Origin: Escherichia coli
GTDB lineage: Bacteria > Pseudomonadota > Gammaproteobacteria > Enterobacterales > Enterobacteriaceae
NCBI RefSeq assembly: GCF_016903815.1
Contig: NZ_CP069973.1
Length of the DNA: 64,000 nucleotides
Reading direction: 5' to 3' (one strand)
In this document: positions 1-15,000 of the stretch, in pieces
How the letters are laid out: each line of letters begins with the position of its first letter
Position numbering within the stretch: position 1 is the stretch's first letter
Translations under genes and position numbers: made by a program
Notes under the pieces: generated by a model
The model's input: only the letters and a program-made list of their open reading frames with translations
The model's database searches: none
Told to the model about the DNA's origin: nothing

Positions 1-1
1 T

Positions 2-3000
2 AATCTGGCGGTGGATCTCACCGTTCCGGTACTTACCATCAACACCATTGCGGGCGACGATATTATTAACGCCGCCGAACACGGGCAGGCACTGGTGATT
101 TCCGGTTCCAGCACTGGCGGAGAAGCGGGGGATGTCGTTAGCGTCACGCTAAACAATAAAACCTACACCACGACGCTGGATGCTTCCGGCAACTGGAGCG
201 TCGGCGTTCCGGCGGCGGATGTCACCGCGCTGGGTAGCGGCCCGCAAACCGTGACTGCGACCGTTACCGATGCCGCCGGTAACAGCGATAGTGAGACGCA
301 CACGGTCACCGTTAACCTTACCGCACCGACCATTGGCATTAACACCATCGCCACCGATGACGTGATTAACGCCACCGAAAAAGGCGCGGATCTGCAAATT
401 TCCGGCACCAGCAATCAGCCATCGGGCACCACAATTACGGTTACGCTGAACGGGCAAAATTACACTGCCACCACAGATGCTTCCGGCAACTGGAGCACCA
501 CGGTGCCTGCTTCCGCTGTCGGTGCGCTGGGCGAAGCCAGCTACACGGTGACGGCGAACGTCACCGACAGCGCGGGCAACAGCAATTCCGCCAGCCATAA
601 CGTGCAGGTCAATACCGCGCTGCCTGGCGTCACCCTTAATCCGGTGGCGAGCGACGATATTATCAACGCTGCGGAATCGGGCGTGGCGCAGACCATCAGC
701 GGCCAGGTGACGGGTGCGGCGGCGGGCGATACGGTTACCGTAACGCTAGGCGGGAAAACTTACACCGCTACCGTGCAGGGGAATTTAAGCTGGAGCGTGG
801 ACGTTCCGGCGGCGGATATTCAGGCCATCGGTAATGGCGATCTCACGGTTAATGCCTCGGTAACCAACGGTGTTGGCAATACTGGCAGCGGTTCGCGCGA
901 TATTGTGATAGACGCCAACCTGCCGGGTCTGCGCGTCGATACCGTGGCGGGCGATGATGTGGTTAACAGCATCGAACACGGTCAGGCGCTGGTGATAACC
1001 GGTAGCAGCAGCGGGCTGGCGGCGGGCGCGGCGCTGACGGTGGTGATCAATAACGTCACCTATGGCGCGACAGTATTAGCCGATGGCACATGGAGCCTTG
1101 GCGTTCCGGCAGCAGACGTGGGCAACTGGCCTGCGGGTACAGTGAATATCATTGTAAGCGGCACTAACACTGCAGAAACGACTACGACTATCACCCATCC
1201 GGTCACCGTCGATCTGGCGGCGGTGGCGATCTCCATTAACACCGTTTCCGGCGACGATGTGATTAACGCCGCCGAAAAAGGGGCCGATTTAACCCTTTCC
1301 GGCAGCACCTCCGGCGTGGAGCTGGGGCAAACGGTCACCGTTACCTTTGGCGGCAAAACCTACACCGCCACCGTAGCGGGCGATGGTAGCTGGACAACCA
1401 TCGTGCCTGCCGCCGATCTCAGCGCGTTACGCGACGGCGACGCCTCGGTGCAGGCCAGCGTCAGTAACGTTAACGGCAACACGGCTTCGGCGACCCACGC
1501 CTACAGCGTCGATGCCACGGCACCGACGCTTGCCATTAACACCATCGCCACTGACGATATTCTGAACGCCGCCGAGGCGGGCAATCCGCTAACCATCAGC
1601 GGCAGTAGCACCGCCGAAGCGGGGCAGACGGTAACTGTCACGCTTAATGGCGTGACTTACACCGGCACCGTCCTGGCGGACGGGAGCTGGAGCGTCAGCG
1701 TGCCGACGGCGGATCTCAGCAATCTGACCGCCAGCCAGTACACGGTCAGCGCCTCGGTAAGCGATAAAGCGGGTAACCCGGCAACCGCCACTCATGGGCT
1801 GGCGGTGGATCTCACCGTTCCCGTATTAACCATCAACACCGTCTCCGGCGATGACATTATTAACGCCGCCGAACACGGGCAGGCGCTGGTAATCTCCGGT
1901 TCCAGCGCTGGCGGCGAAGCGGGCGATGTCATCACCGTTACGTTAAACAGTAAAACCTATACCACCACGCTGGACGCTTCCGGCAACTGGAGCGTCGGCG
2001 TTCCGCTGTCAGACGTTACCGCGCTGGGCAGCGGCCCGCAAACCATCACAGCTACCATTACCGACGCGGCAGGCAACAGCGATGATGCCAGCCGCACGGT
2101 CACCGTGAATCTCACCGCGCCAACCATTGGCATCAACACTATCGCCAGCGATGACGTGATTAACGCCACGGAAAAAGGCGCGGATCTGCAAATTACCGGC
2201 ACCAGTAATCAACCCGCAGGCACCACGATAACGGTGACGCTGAACGGGCAAAATTACACCGCTACCACAGATGCTTCCGGCAACTGGAGTGCCACGGTGC
2301 CAGCCTCGGCTGTCAGTGCATTGGGTGAAGCCAACTACACAGTAACCGCGAACGTCACCGATACGGCAGGCAACAGCAACTCCGCCAGCCATAACGTGCT
2401 GGTCAACAGCGCCTTGCCTGCCGTCACCATTAACGCGGTGGCGACCGACGATATTATTAACGCTGCTGAATCCGGAAACGCGCAAACCATCAGCGGCCAG
2501 GTGACGGGCGCGGCGGCGGGCGATACGGTTACTGTTACGCTGGGTGGCAACACCTACACCGCCACGGTGCAGGCTAATTTAAGCTGGAGTGTCAGCGTTC
2601 CGGCGGCGGATATTCAGGCCATCGGCAACGGCTCTCTCACCGTAAACGCCTCGGTGACCAACGTCGTCGGCAATACCGGCAACGGCTCGCGCGATATCAC
2701 GATCGACGCCAATCTGCCTGGCCTGCGGGTCGATACCGTGGCGGGCGATGATGTTATTAACAGCATTGAGCACAATCAGGCGCTGGTGATCACCGGCAGC
2801 AGCAGCGGATTAACGGCGGGAACGGCGTTAACGGTCGAGATTAACAACGTTACTTATGGCGCGACGGTATTAGCCGACGGCACGTGGAGCCTCGGTATTC
2901 CGGCGGCAGATGTCAGCAACTGGCCTGCGGGTACGGTGGATATTACGGTAAGCGGCACCAACAGCGCCGGAACAACCTCTACCATTACCCATCCGGTTAC

Positions 3001-6000
3001 CGTCGATCTGGCGGCGGTTGCCATCACCATTAACACCCTTTCCGGCGATGATGTGATCAACGCCGTGGAGAAAGGCGAAACGCTGGTGGTGAGCGGCAGC
3101 ACCAGCGGTGTCGAAGCCGGGCAGACAGTGACCGTCACCTTTGGCGGCAAAAGTTACACCACCACCGTTGAAGCCAACGGCAGCTGGACGGTGAATGTGC
3201 CGCCTGCCGATCTTGCTTCGCTGCCGGACGGCGCGGGCAACGTGCAGGCGAGCGTCAGTAATATTAACGGCAACAGCGCCCAGGCGGATCGCGCGTATAG
3301 CGTTGATGCCACCGCGCCGCTTGTGACCATCAACACCATCGCCAGCGACGATATCCTTAACGTGAGCGAAGCGGGCGCAGGGATCACCATCAGCGGCACC
3401 ACCACGGCACAGGTCGGGCAGACGCTGACCGTCACGCTGAATAACAACACTTACCAGACCACCGTTCAGGCGGATGGCACCTGGAGCGTGAATGTTCCGG
3501 CAACGGATTTAAGCGGATTAACCGCCAGCAGTTATACCGTGACTGCGACGGTGAGCGACAAAGCGGGCAACCCGGCAAGCGCCGATCACGCGCTGGCGGT
3601 GGACGTTACCGCGCCGGATCTCACCATTAACACCGTCGCGGGCGATGACATTATCAACGCCATCGAACACGGGCAGGCGCTGGTGGTCAGCGGCACCAGC
3701 ACGGGCGCGGCGGCGGGTGATGTGGTCACGGTTAACCTGAACGGTAAAAACTACACCACCACGCTGGACGCCTCCGGTAACTGGAGCGTGGGTATTCCGG
3801 CGGCGGATGTCACGGCGCTGTCAACCGGTAGCCAGACGATCACCGCCAGCCTGAGCGATCGCGCGGGCAACAGCGACAGCACGACTCACGATGTGACCGT
3901 TGATCTCAGCGGCCCGACGCTGAGCATCAATACCGTCTCCGGCGATGATATTATTAATAATGCGGAGAAAACTCAGGATCTGACCATCAGCGGCGGCTCC
4001 AGCGGTCTGGCGACTGGCACCACGGTCACCGTGATGTTGAACGGCCTGGCGTACAGCGCCACCACCGACGGTACCGGCAACTGGAGCGTTACCGTGCCCG
4101 CTTCGGCGGTTGGCGCACTGGGCGAGGCGGTATACCAGATTAGCGCCAGCGCCACCGACAGCGCGGGCAACAGCGGCAGCACCACCCATACGGTGAAGGT
4201 CGAATCGCTCCTGCCTGGGGTAATCATTAATACCGTGGCGGGCGATGACATTATCAACGCTGCTGAAATCGCCGTTAATCAGACCATTAGCGGCCAGGTC
4301 TCGGGAACGGCGGTTGCGGGGAATACGGTGATTGTCACCATTGGCGGCAATCAATACACCGCCATCGTGCAGTCAGATTTAAGCTGGAGCGTCAGCGTAC
4401 CTGCGAACGTTTTGCAGGCGCTGGGCAACGGTGAACTGACCATCAGCGCCTCGGTGACTAATGGCGTGGGTAATACTGGCACCGCAACGCACGACATCGT
4501 GATAGACGCCAACCTGCCAGGTCTGCGGGTCGATACCGTGGCAGGCGATGATGTGATTAACAGCATTGAGCACACTCAGGCGCTGGTGGTCACCGGTAGC
4601 AGTAGCGGACTGGCAGCAGGCGCGGCGTTGACGGTAGTGATCAACGGCGTCACCTATGGCGCAACGGTACTCGTCGATGGCACCTGGAGCGTCGGTGTTC
4701 CGGCGGTAGATGTCACAAACTGGCCTGCGGGGACGGTCAATATTGCCGTCTCTGGCACTAACACTGCCGGAACCACAACCAGCATTACTCATCCGGTCAC
4801 GGTCGATCTCGCGGCCGTGGCGATCACCATCAACCCCCTTTCCACTGACGATGTGATTAACGCCGCCGAAAAAGGCAGCGATTTGCAGCTCTCCGGCACC
4901 ACCTCCGGCGTGGAAGCGGGGCAGACCATCACCGTTATCTTCGGTGGCAAAAGCTACACCACCACGGTTGCCGCGGATAATAGCTGGGGGCTGACGATCC
5001 CAGCCGCCGATCTCGCAACCTTGCCAGACGGCGCAGCAAACGTCCAGGCCAGCGTCAGCAATGTCGCTGGCAACAGCGCCCAGGCAACGCATGCATACAG
5101 CGTTGATGCCACTGCACCCTCCGTCACCATCAACACCATCGCCACGGACGATATTCTTAACGCCGCCGAAGCGGGATCGGCGCTGACCATCAGCGGCACC
5201 AGCACGGCAGAAGCCGGGCAGACGGTGACCGTGACACTTAACGGCGTTAATTACAGCGGCAACGTGCAGGCAGACGGAAGCTGGAGCGTCAGCGTCCCGA
5301 CCGGCGATTTAGCTAACCTCACTGCCAGCCCCTATACGGTGAGCGCAGCGGTCAGCGACAAAGCCGGAAATCCGGCTTCAGCAACACATAATCTGACGGT
5401 GGACCTTGCCGCTCCGGTTGTCACCATTAACACGGTGGCGGGCGATGACATCATCAACGCCACGGAACATTCTCAGGCGCAGATTATCAGCGGCTCGGCA
5501 ACGGGCGCGACGACCGGTAACACGGTTTCCGTGACCATTGGCACGACTACCTATACCACCGTGCTGGACGCCAACGGCAACTGGAGCATCGGTGTGCCTG
5601 CCAGCGTGATTTCCGCACTGGCGCAGGGGGATGTGACCATTACCGCCACGGTCACCGACTCCGCAGGCAACAGCGGCACGGCCTCGCACAGTGTCAGCGT
5701 GGCGCTCGGCGCTCCGGTACTTAGCATTAACACCATTGCCGTCGACGACATCATTAATGCCACGGAGAAAAGCGCGGATCTGGCGATTTCCGGCACCAGC
5801 GACCAGCCTGCGGGCACGCAGATAACCGTTACGCTCAACGGGCAAAATTACACCACCACTGCCGATGCATCCGGTAACTGGAGCGTGACCGTTCCGGCGT
5901 CACGGGTGAGCGCCCTCGGTGAAGCCACTTACACGGTGACCGCCGCCGCTACTGACTCTGATGGCAACAGCGGTTCCGCCAACCATAACGTGCAGGTTAA

Positions 6001-9000
6001 TACCGCGCTGCCGGGCGTCACCATTAACGTTGTCGCGAGCGACGATATTATTAACGCTGCCGAAGCGGGCGCGGGCCAGAGCATCAGCGGGCAGGTGACG
6101 GGCGCGGCAGCGGGCGACACGGTAACCGTCACGCTCGGCGGGGCGACGTACACTGCCACGGTGCAGGCGAATTTAAGCTGGAGTATTAATGTTCCGGCCT
6201 CCGCGCTACAGGCGTTGGGCAACGGTGAGCTGACCATTTCGGCTTCGGTAACGAACAGCGTAGGCAATACCGGCAACGGCACGCGCGAAATCACCATAGA
6301 CGCGAATCTCCCCGGTCTGCGGGTCGATACCGTGGCGGGCGATGATGTGGTCAATATCATCGAGCACGGACAGGCGCTGGTGATTACCGGCAGCAGTTCC
6401 GGTCTGGCGACGGGCAGTAACGTCACGCTGACCATTAACGGGCAAACCTATGTTGCGGCGGTGCTGGCGGATGGCTCATGGAGCGTCGGCGTTCCGGCGG
6501 TGGATGTCAGCGCCTGGCCTGCGGGGACGGTCACGATTACGGCGAGCGGTAGCACCACAGCCGGAAATTCGGTCAGCGTTACGCATCCGGTGACTGTCGA
6601 TCTCTCGGCGATTGCCGTCAGCATCAACGCCATTACCGCCGATGATGTGATTAACGCTGCTGAAAAAGGCGCGGCGTTAACGCTCACCGGCAGCACTTCT
6701 GGTGTCGAAGCCGGACAAACGGTCACCGTGACCTTTGGCGGCAAAACTTACACTGCAAGCGTCGCGGCTAACGGTTCCTGGAGTACCACGGTTCCGGCGG
6801 CAGATATGGCAGCCCTGCGTGATGGCGATGCCAGCGCACAGGCCAGCGTCAGCAATGTTAACGGCAACAACGCCACTACTACCCACGCTTACAGCGTCGA
6901 TGCCAGCGCGCCAACGGTGGCCATTAACACTATTGCAGGCGACGATATTCTTAACGCCGCCGAAGCGGGTGCTGCGCTGACTATCACTGGCAGCAGCACG
7001 GCGGAAGCGGGGCAGACGGTGACCGTCACCCTCAATGGCGAAAACTATACTGGCACGGTTCAAACGGACGGTAGCTGGAGCGTCAGCGTACCGCCAGCCG
7101 ACGTAAGCGCCCTGACCGCCAGCAACTACACCGTTAGCGCGGCGGTGAGCGACAAAGCCGGAAACCCGGCCTCGGTTAACCACAACCTGACGGTGGATAC
7201 TTCCGTTCCGGTTGTCACCATCAACACGGTGGCGGGCGATGATGTGATCAACGCGACGGAACACGCCCAGGCGCAGATTATCAGCGGCTCCGCCACGGGT
7301 GCGGCAACCGGCAGCACCGTGACGGTGACTATCGGCAGCAGCACCTTCACCACGGTGCTGGATGCCAGCGGTAACTGGAGCGTCGGCGTTCCGGCAAGCG
7401 TCGTCTCGGCGCTGGCGAACGGCACGGTGACAATTAACGCCAGCGTCACCGATGCCGCCGGAAACAGCGGCAGCGCTACGCATCTGGTGACGGTCAATAC
7501 TGGCCTTCCGTCAATTACCTTTAACGCCATCAGCGGCGATAACGTCCTGAACGCCGATGAAAAAGGCCAGCCGTTGACCATTAGCGGTAGCAGTACGGGG
7601 TTGGCGACCGGCGCACAGGTTACCGTCACACTCAACGGTCATAACTACAGCGCCACCACCGACGCGGCGGGCAACTGGACGTTAACCGTGCCGGTGAGCG
7701 ATCTGGCGGCTTTAGGCCAGGCCAACTATATCGTCAGCGCCAGCGCCACCAGTGTGGCAGGCAACACCGCCAGCAGCCAGGCGAATTTACTGGTCGATAG
7801 CGGCCTGCCGGGTGTCACCATCGACACCGTGGCAGGCGACGATATTATCAACGCCGCCGAAGCCGGGGACGATCAAACCATCAGCGGGGTGGTGACTCGC
7901 GCCGCCGCTGGCGATACGGTTACCGTCACGCTGGGCGGCAACACTTACACCACCACGGTACAGAGCAACTTAAGCTGGAGCGTCACCGTTCCGGCAGCCG
8001 ATCTCCAGGCATTGGGCAATGGTGATTTGACCATTACAGCCTCAGTTACTAACGCGAATGGCAATACCGGCAGCGGCACGCGGGATATCACCATTGACGC
8101 TAACCTGCCAGGGCTGCGCGTGGATACGGTGGCGGGCGATGATATTGTCAACAGCATTGAACACGGGCAGGCGCTGGTAATCACCGGCGGCAGTAGCGGC
8201 CTGAATGCAGGCGCAGCGCTGACGGTCGCCATCAACGGTGTGGCCTATGCCGCCACGGTACAGGCAGACGGGAGCTGGAGCGTTGGCATTCCGGCGGCAA
8301 GCGTCAGTGCATGGCCTGCGGGGCCGTTAACCGTTGAAGTTACAGGACAGAGCAGCGCCGGAAATCCGGTCAGCGCCAGCCATCCGTTCACCGTCGATTT
8401 AACGGCGGTGGCAATCAGCATCAACACCGTTGCCAGCGACGACGTAATTAACGCCGCCGAAAAAGGCACTGGTCTGACCCTTTCCGGCAGCACCAGCGGG
8501 ATTGAAAGCGGGCAAACCGTTACCGTCATCTTTGGCGGTAAAACCTACACCGCAAGCGTCGCCGCCAACGGAAGCTGGAGTGTGAACGTTCCGGCGGCAG
8601 ATCTGGCAACTCTGCCAGACGGCGCGGCGAACGTGCAGGCCAGCGTTAGCAGCGCGAGCGGTAACAGCGCCTCGGCGACCCATGCGTACAGCGTTGACGC
8701 CAGCGCGCCGACGCTCACCATTAACACCATTGCCAGCGACGATATTCTTAACGCCACGGAGGCGGGAAGCCCGCTCACCATCAGCGGCACCAGCACCGCC
8801 GAAACCGGGCAGACGGTCACCGTCACCCTTAACGGCGCAACCTACAGCGGTAATGTGCAGGCAGACGGTAGCTGGAGCGTCAGCGTTCCCCCTTCAGCCT
8901 TAGGCGCGCTGAGCGCAAGCAATTACACCGTCAGCGCCACGGTCAACGACAAAGCGGGCAACCCCGGCAGCGCCAGCCATAATCTGGCGGTAGACACCAC

Positions 9001-12000
9001 CGCGTCGGTTCTCACCATTAACACTGTGGCGGGCGATGACATTATCAACGATGCCGAACATGCGCAGGCGCTGGTGATCTCCGGCACCAGCACGGGCGGG
9101 GAAGCGGGCGATGTGGTGAGCGTTGTGCTCAACGGCAAAACCTACACCACCACCCTGGATGCCTCCGGCAACTGGAGCGTTGGCGTTCCAGCGGCGGATG
9201 TTGCGGCACTCGGTAGCGGTGCGCAGACCATCACCGCCAGCGTCAGCGATCGGGCAGGCAACAGCGACGACGCCAGCCGCACCGTGACCGTCAGCCTCAG
9301 CGCGCCAGTGATTAGCATCAACACCATCGCGGGCGATGATGTGATCAACGCGATGGAAAAAGGATCCGATCTGGCGCTTTCCGGCACCAGCGATCAGCCT
9401 GCGGGTACGGCGATCACCGTTACGCTGAACGGACAAAACTACAGCGCCACCACTGACGCCTCCGGCAACTGGAGCGTTACCGTGCCCGCCTCGGCGGTCA
9501 GTGCGCTGGGCGAAGCCACCTACAGCGTCACGGCGAGCGTCACCAATGCTCAGGGTAACAGCAGCACCGCCAGCCATAACGTGCAGGTCAATACCGCGCT
9601 ACCGGGCGTCACCATTAATCCGGTAACGACGGACGATATTATTAACGCCGCAGAAGCAGGCAGCGCGCAAACTATCAGCGGCCAGGTAACCGGTGCGGCG
9701 GCGGGCAGCACCGTCACCGTTGAACTGGGCGGTAAAACTTACACCGCCACCGTCCAGGCTGATTTAAGTTGGAATGTGAGCGTACCTGCCGCCGACTGGC
9801 AGGCGCTGGGTAACGGTGAGTTAACGGTTAATGCCTCGGTGACCAACGCCGTTGGCAACACCGGTAGCGGCACGCGCGATATCACCATCGATGCCAGTCT
9901 GCCAGGTCTGCGGGTGGATACCGTTGCGGGCGATGATGTGGTCAATATCATCGAACACGCTCAGGCACAGGTGATCACCGGCAGCAGCTCCGGCTTTGCC
10001 GCAGGTACGGCGTTGACCGTAGTGATAAATAATCAAACTTACGCCGCCACGGTGCTGGCGAACGGTAGCTGGAGCGTTGGCGTTCCTGCGACGGATGTCA
10101 GTAACTGGCCTGCGGGAACGCTGAATATTACCGTTAGCGGCGCGAACAGTGCCGGAACGCAAACCAGCATTACCCATCCGCTGACCGTTGATCTCACCAC
10201 CGTCGCCGTCAGCATAAACAGCATCACCAGCGATGATGTGATTAACGCCGCCGAAAAAGGCGCGGCGCTAACGCTCTCCGGCAGCACGTCCGGCGTCGAA
10301 GCGGGGCAAACCGTTACCATTACTTTTGGCGGTAAAACCTACACCACCACGGTGGCGGCAAACGGTAGCTGGAGCACCACCGTTCCGGCGGCGGATATGG
10401 CGGCCCTGCGTGACGGCGATGCCAGCGCCCAGGTGCGGGTGACTAACGTCAACGGCAACAGCGCCACGGCAACGCATGAATACAGCGTCGATAGCGCCGC
10501 GCCAACGGTCACCATCAACACCATTGCCAGCGATAACATCATCAATGCCAGCGAAGCGGCGGCGGGCGTAACGGTGTCCGGCACCAGCACGGCGCAAACC
10601 GGGCAGACGCTCACCGTCACGCTTAATGGCACTAACTACCAGACCACGGTGAAGGCAGACGGCAGCTGGAGCTTAACGCTGCCCGCCAGCGACTTAACCG
10701 CGCTTGCCAATAACGGCTACACCCTGACCGCCACGGTCAGCGATCAGGCGGGTAACCCTGGCAGCGCCAGCAAAGGTGTGACCGTCGATACCACCGCGCC
10801 CGTCATCAGTTTCAACACCGTGGCGGGCGATGATGTGATTAACAACGTCGAACACACTCAGGCGCAGATTATCAGTGGCACCGCCACGGGCGCGGTGGCG
10901 GGCGACCGCCTGGTGGTGACCATCGCCGGGCAGCAGTATGTCACCAGCACCGATGCCAGCGGCAACTGGAGCGTTGGCGTGCCTGCCAGCGTGATTTCCG
11001 GCCTTGCGGACGGCACGGTGACCATCAGCGCCACCATTACCGATAGCGCAGGCAACAGCAGCACGCAGACGCACAACGTGCAGGTAAACACGGCGGCAGT
11101 GTCGCTCTCGGTCAGCACCATCAGCGGCGATAATATTATTAACGCCGCCGAAGCGGGCAGTGCGCTGACCCTGATCGGCACAGGAACGAACTTTGCCGCA
11201 GGTACAGTAGTGACCGTATTGCTTAACGGCAAAGGCTACAGCGCTACCATTCAGAACAACGGGAGCTGGAGTGTGAACGTGCCTGCGGCGGACGTTGCAG
11301 CACTGGCGGATGGCACCAGCTACACGGTTAGCGCCTCCGCGCAGGACAGCGCCGGAAACAGCGCCACGGCCTCGCGCAGCGTGGCGGTGGATCTCACCGC
11401 GCCGGTTATCAGCATCAACACCGTTTCGACGGACGACCGACTCAACGCCGCCGAACAACAGCAGCCGTTAACCCTTAACGGCTCGACCAGCGCGGAAGTA
11501 GGGCAGACGGTCACCGTCACCTTTGGCGACAAAACCTATACCGCCACGGTTGCCGCCAATGGCACCTGGGCGCTTAACGTGCCTGCGGCGGATCTTGCCG
11601 CGCTCGGGCAGGGCGCGCAGACTATTACCGCCAGCGTGAACGATCGCGCGGGCAATCCCGGTCAAACCACGCACGCCCTAACCGTCGATACCGTTGCGCC
11701 CACGGTGACCATCGCCACGGTGGCGGGTGACGATATTATCAACAACGCCGAGCAGCTTGCCGGGCAGACCATCAGTGGCACCACCACCGCTGAAGTGGGC
11801 CAGACGGTGACCGTCACCTTTAACGGTCAGAGCTGGACTGCAACGGTCGGCAGCGGCGGAAGCTGGTCGGTGTTTATTCCGGCGCAGCAGTTTGCCGGAT
11901 TAAGCGACGGCAGCTACACCATTAGCGCGACGGTTAGCGATCAGGCCGGAAACCCCGGCAGCGCCAGCCGTGGCGTGACGCTGAACGGCGACGTCCCCTC

Positions 12001-15000
12001 CGTCACCATCAACACCTTTGCGGGCGATGATGTGGTGAATGCAGCGGAGCACGGCTCGTCGCTGGTGATCAGCGGCACCACCACCGCACCCATCGGGCAG
12101 ACGCTGACCCTGACTTTAAACGGCAAAACCTACACCACTACGGTGCAAACGGGCGGTAGCTGGAGCTACACCCTCGGCAGCGCCGATGTCACCGCGCTGG
12201 CGGACGGCAATGCCTATGTGATTAACGCCTCGGTGAGCAACGCCATTGGCAATACCGGTAGCAGCAATCACACCATTACTGTCGATCTCAGCGCCCCGGC
12301 GATGGGCATTAATATCGATTCCCTGCAAGCCGACACTGGGCTTAGCGCCAGCGACTTTATCACCAGCGTCAGTCCGGTGGTGGTCAACGGCTCGCTCACC
12401 GCCGCGCTTGCCAGTAACGAGACGGCGCAAATCAGTATCGACGGCGGCGTAACCTGGACCACGCTCACCGTTACCGGCACGACCTGGCGCTATAACGACA
12501 GCCGCACGCTGACCGATGGCAACTATCTCTATCAGGTGCGGGTGATTGACGCAGCGGGCAACGTCGGTGCCACCGACAGCCAGAATGTGGTGATCGACAC
12601 CACCGCGCCAGACCCAGCGGTGAAAACCATCGCCATTAGCGCGATCACCACCGATACGGGCTTGATCACTAACGATTTTGTCACCAGCGACACGACGCTT
12701 GCGGTGAGCGGCACGCTGGGCGCGGCGCTTTCTGCTGGTGAGTTCGCGCAAATCAGTATCGACGGCGGCACCACCTGGCAGAACCTGTCAGTAAGCGGCT
12801 TAACCTGGACCTGGCTTGACGGGCGGACGCTGACCGATGGCAACTACAACTATCAGGTGCGGGTTATCGACACCGCCGGAAATATCGGCGCGACCGCCAG
12901 CCAGATAGTCACTGTGGACACCACCGCGCCGCTGGCGAGCAAAACCATCGCCATTGCTGGCATCAGCGATGACACCGGGTTAAGTAGCAGCGATTTTGTT
13001 ACTCGCGACACCACGCTGACCGTGCGCGGCACGCTCGGCGCGGCGCTTGCCGCCGATGAACGGGCGCAAATCAGCCTCGACGGCGGTGTCACCTGGACCA
13101 CGTTAACCGTTATCGGCACCAGCTGGAGCTATGCCGATGGTCGCACACTGACCGACGGCACCTGGAACTACACGGTGCGGGTGGTGGATCTGGCGGGGAA
13201 CGTTGGGCAGACCGCAACGCAAAATGTGGTGGTCGACACCACCAGCCCGGAAGCGGCGAAAAGTATCACCATTACCGGTATCAGCGATGACACCGGAGCC
13301 AGCAGCAGCGATTTTATTACCAGCGACACCTCGCTTACCGTGCGCGGCGTATTGGGGGCGGCGCTCGGCGCTAACGAGTTCGCGCAAATCAGTACCGACA
13401 ACGGCGCAACCTGGGTGAACGTGACCGTCGCCGCAGACGGCCTTAACTGGAGTTACGTTGACGGACGCACGCTCACCAACGGCACCACCACCTGGCAGGT
13501 GCGGGTGGTCGATCTGGCGGGCAACGTTGGCGCAACCGGCAGCCAGTCGGCGCAGATTGACACCGTGAACCCGGCGCAGGTGCTCACCATCGCCAGCATC
13601 AGCACCGACACGGGGAGTTCGGCAACTGACTTTATCACCAGCGATACCTCGCTCACGCTGACCGGTTCGCTGGGGGCGGGGCTTGCCAGCGGCGAAGTGG
13701 CGCAGATTAGCCTCGACGGCGGCGCGACCTGGATCACGCTCACCACCAACGGCACGCAGTGGACCTACACCGACGGCCGCACGCTGACCGACGGCAGCTA
13801 CGTTTATCAGGTGCGGGTGCTGGATCTGGCGGGAAATACCGGTCCGGTGGTGTCGAAAACGGTGGTGGTCGATACGATTAACCCCACCGCGACGCCGACC
13901 ATTGTGTCGTACACTGATGACGTCGGGCAGCGGCAGGGGACATTAAGCAGTTCGCAGGCCACCGACGACACTACGCCGTTGCTGAACGGCGTGCTCTCCG
14001 GCCCGCTTGCCAGCGGTGAAGTGGTTTACCTCTACCGTAACGGCCTGCTGTTAGGCGCGGTAACGATGGTAGGCGCACTGAACTGGACCTACAGCGACAG
14101 CGGGCTGGTGAGCGGTGCCTACACCTACAGCGCGCGAGTGGTGGATCTGGCGGGGAATATCACCTCCTCCAGTGATTTTGTCCTGACGGTCGATACCTCT
14201 ATTCCGACCACGCTGGCGCAAATTACCAGCCAGACCACGCGCGATACCACGCCGATTATCAGCGGGGTGATCACGGCGGCACTCGCCAGCGGGCAGTATG
14301 TTGAAGTGGTGATCAATGGCAAAACCTACACCTCTGAACCGGGCGGTGCGGTGGTAGTCGATCCGGCGCACAACACCTGGTATGTGCAACTGCCGGATAC
14401 CGATGCGCTGACAGTTTCCGCGACCGCCTATACCGTTACTGCGCAGGTAAAAAGCTCGGCGGGCAACGGCAATAACGCCAATATTAGCAACGGCACGGTG
14501 ACGGTTAACGCGGCGATTGATTACACACCGACCTGGACCACCACCAGCAAAACCACCGCCTGGGGGCTGACCTACGGCCTCGACTCGCACGGGATGTGGA
14601 CGGTGCTGGCAAACCAGCAGGTAATGCAATCGACTGACCCACTCACCTGGTCGAAGACCGCGCTGACGCTGTATCAGAGCGGCAACAACTACGCCACCAG
14701 CTCCATCGCCGATTACGACCGTAACGGTACGGGCGATCTGTTTATTACCCGTGATGACTACGGTACGGGGTATATCAACGGCTTTACCAATAACGGCGAC
14801 GGCACCTTTTCCAGCGCTATTCAGGTCACCGTCGGCACGCTGACGTGGTACGGCTCGATTGTGGCATTTGATAAAGAGGGCGACGGCTATCTCGACTTTT
14901 GGATTGGCGACGCGGGCGGGCCGGACTCCAACACCTTCCTGTGGAACAACGCAGGTACGCTGGTAGGCAACTCCACCACGTCGAACAGCGGCGGTAGCGC

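Noticed and set aside
7..14230. Regular tandem repeats that could be mistaken for a CRISPR array or satellite
   Set aside because: The periods are ~300 and ~1,794 bp. There are no short conserved direct repeats separated by unique spacers. Everything lies in phase inside one ORF that encodes Ig-like modules.
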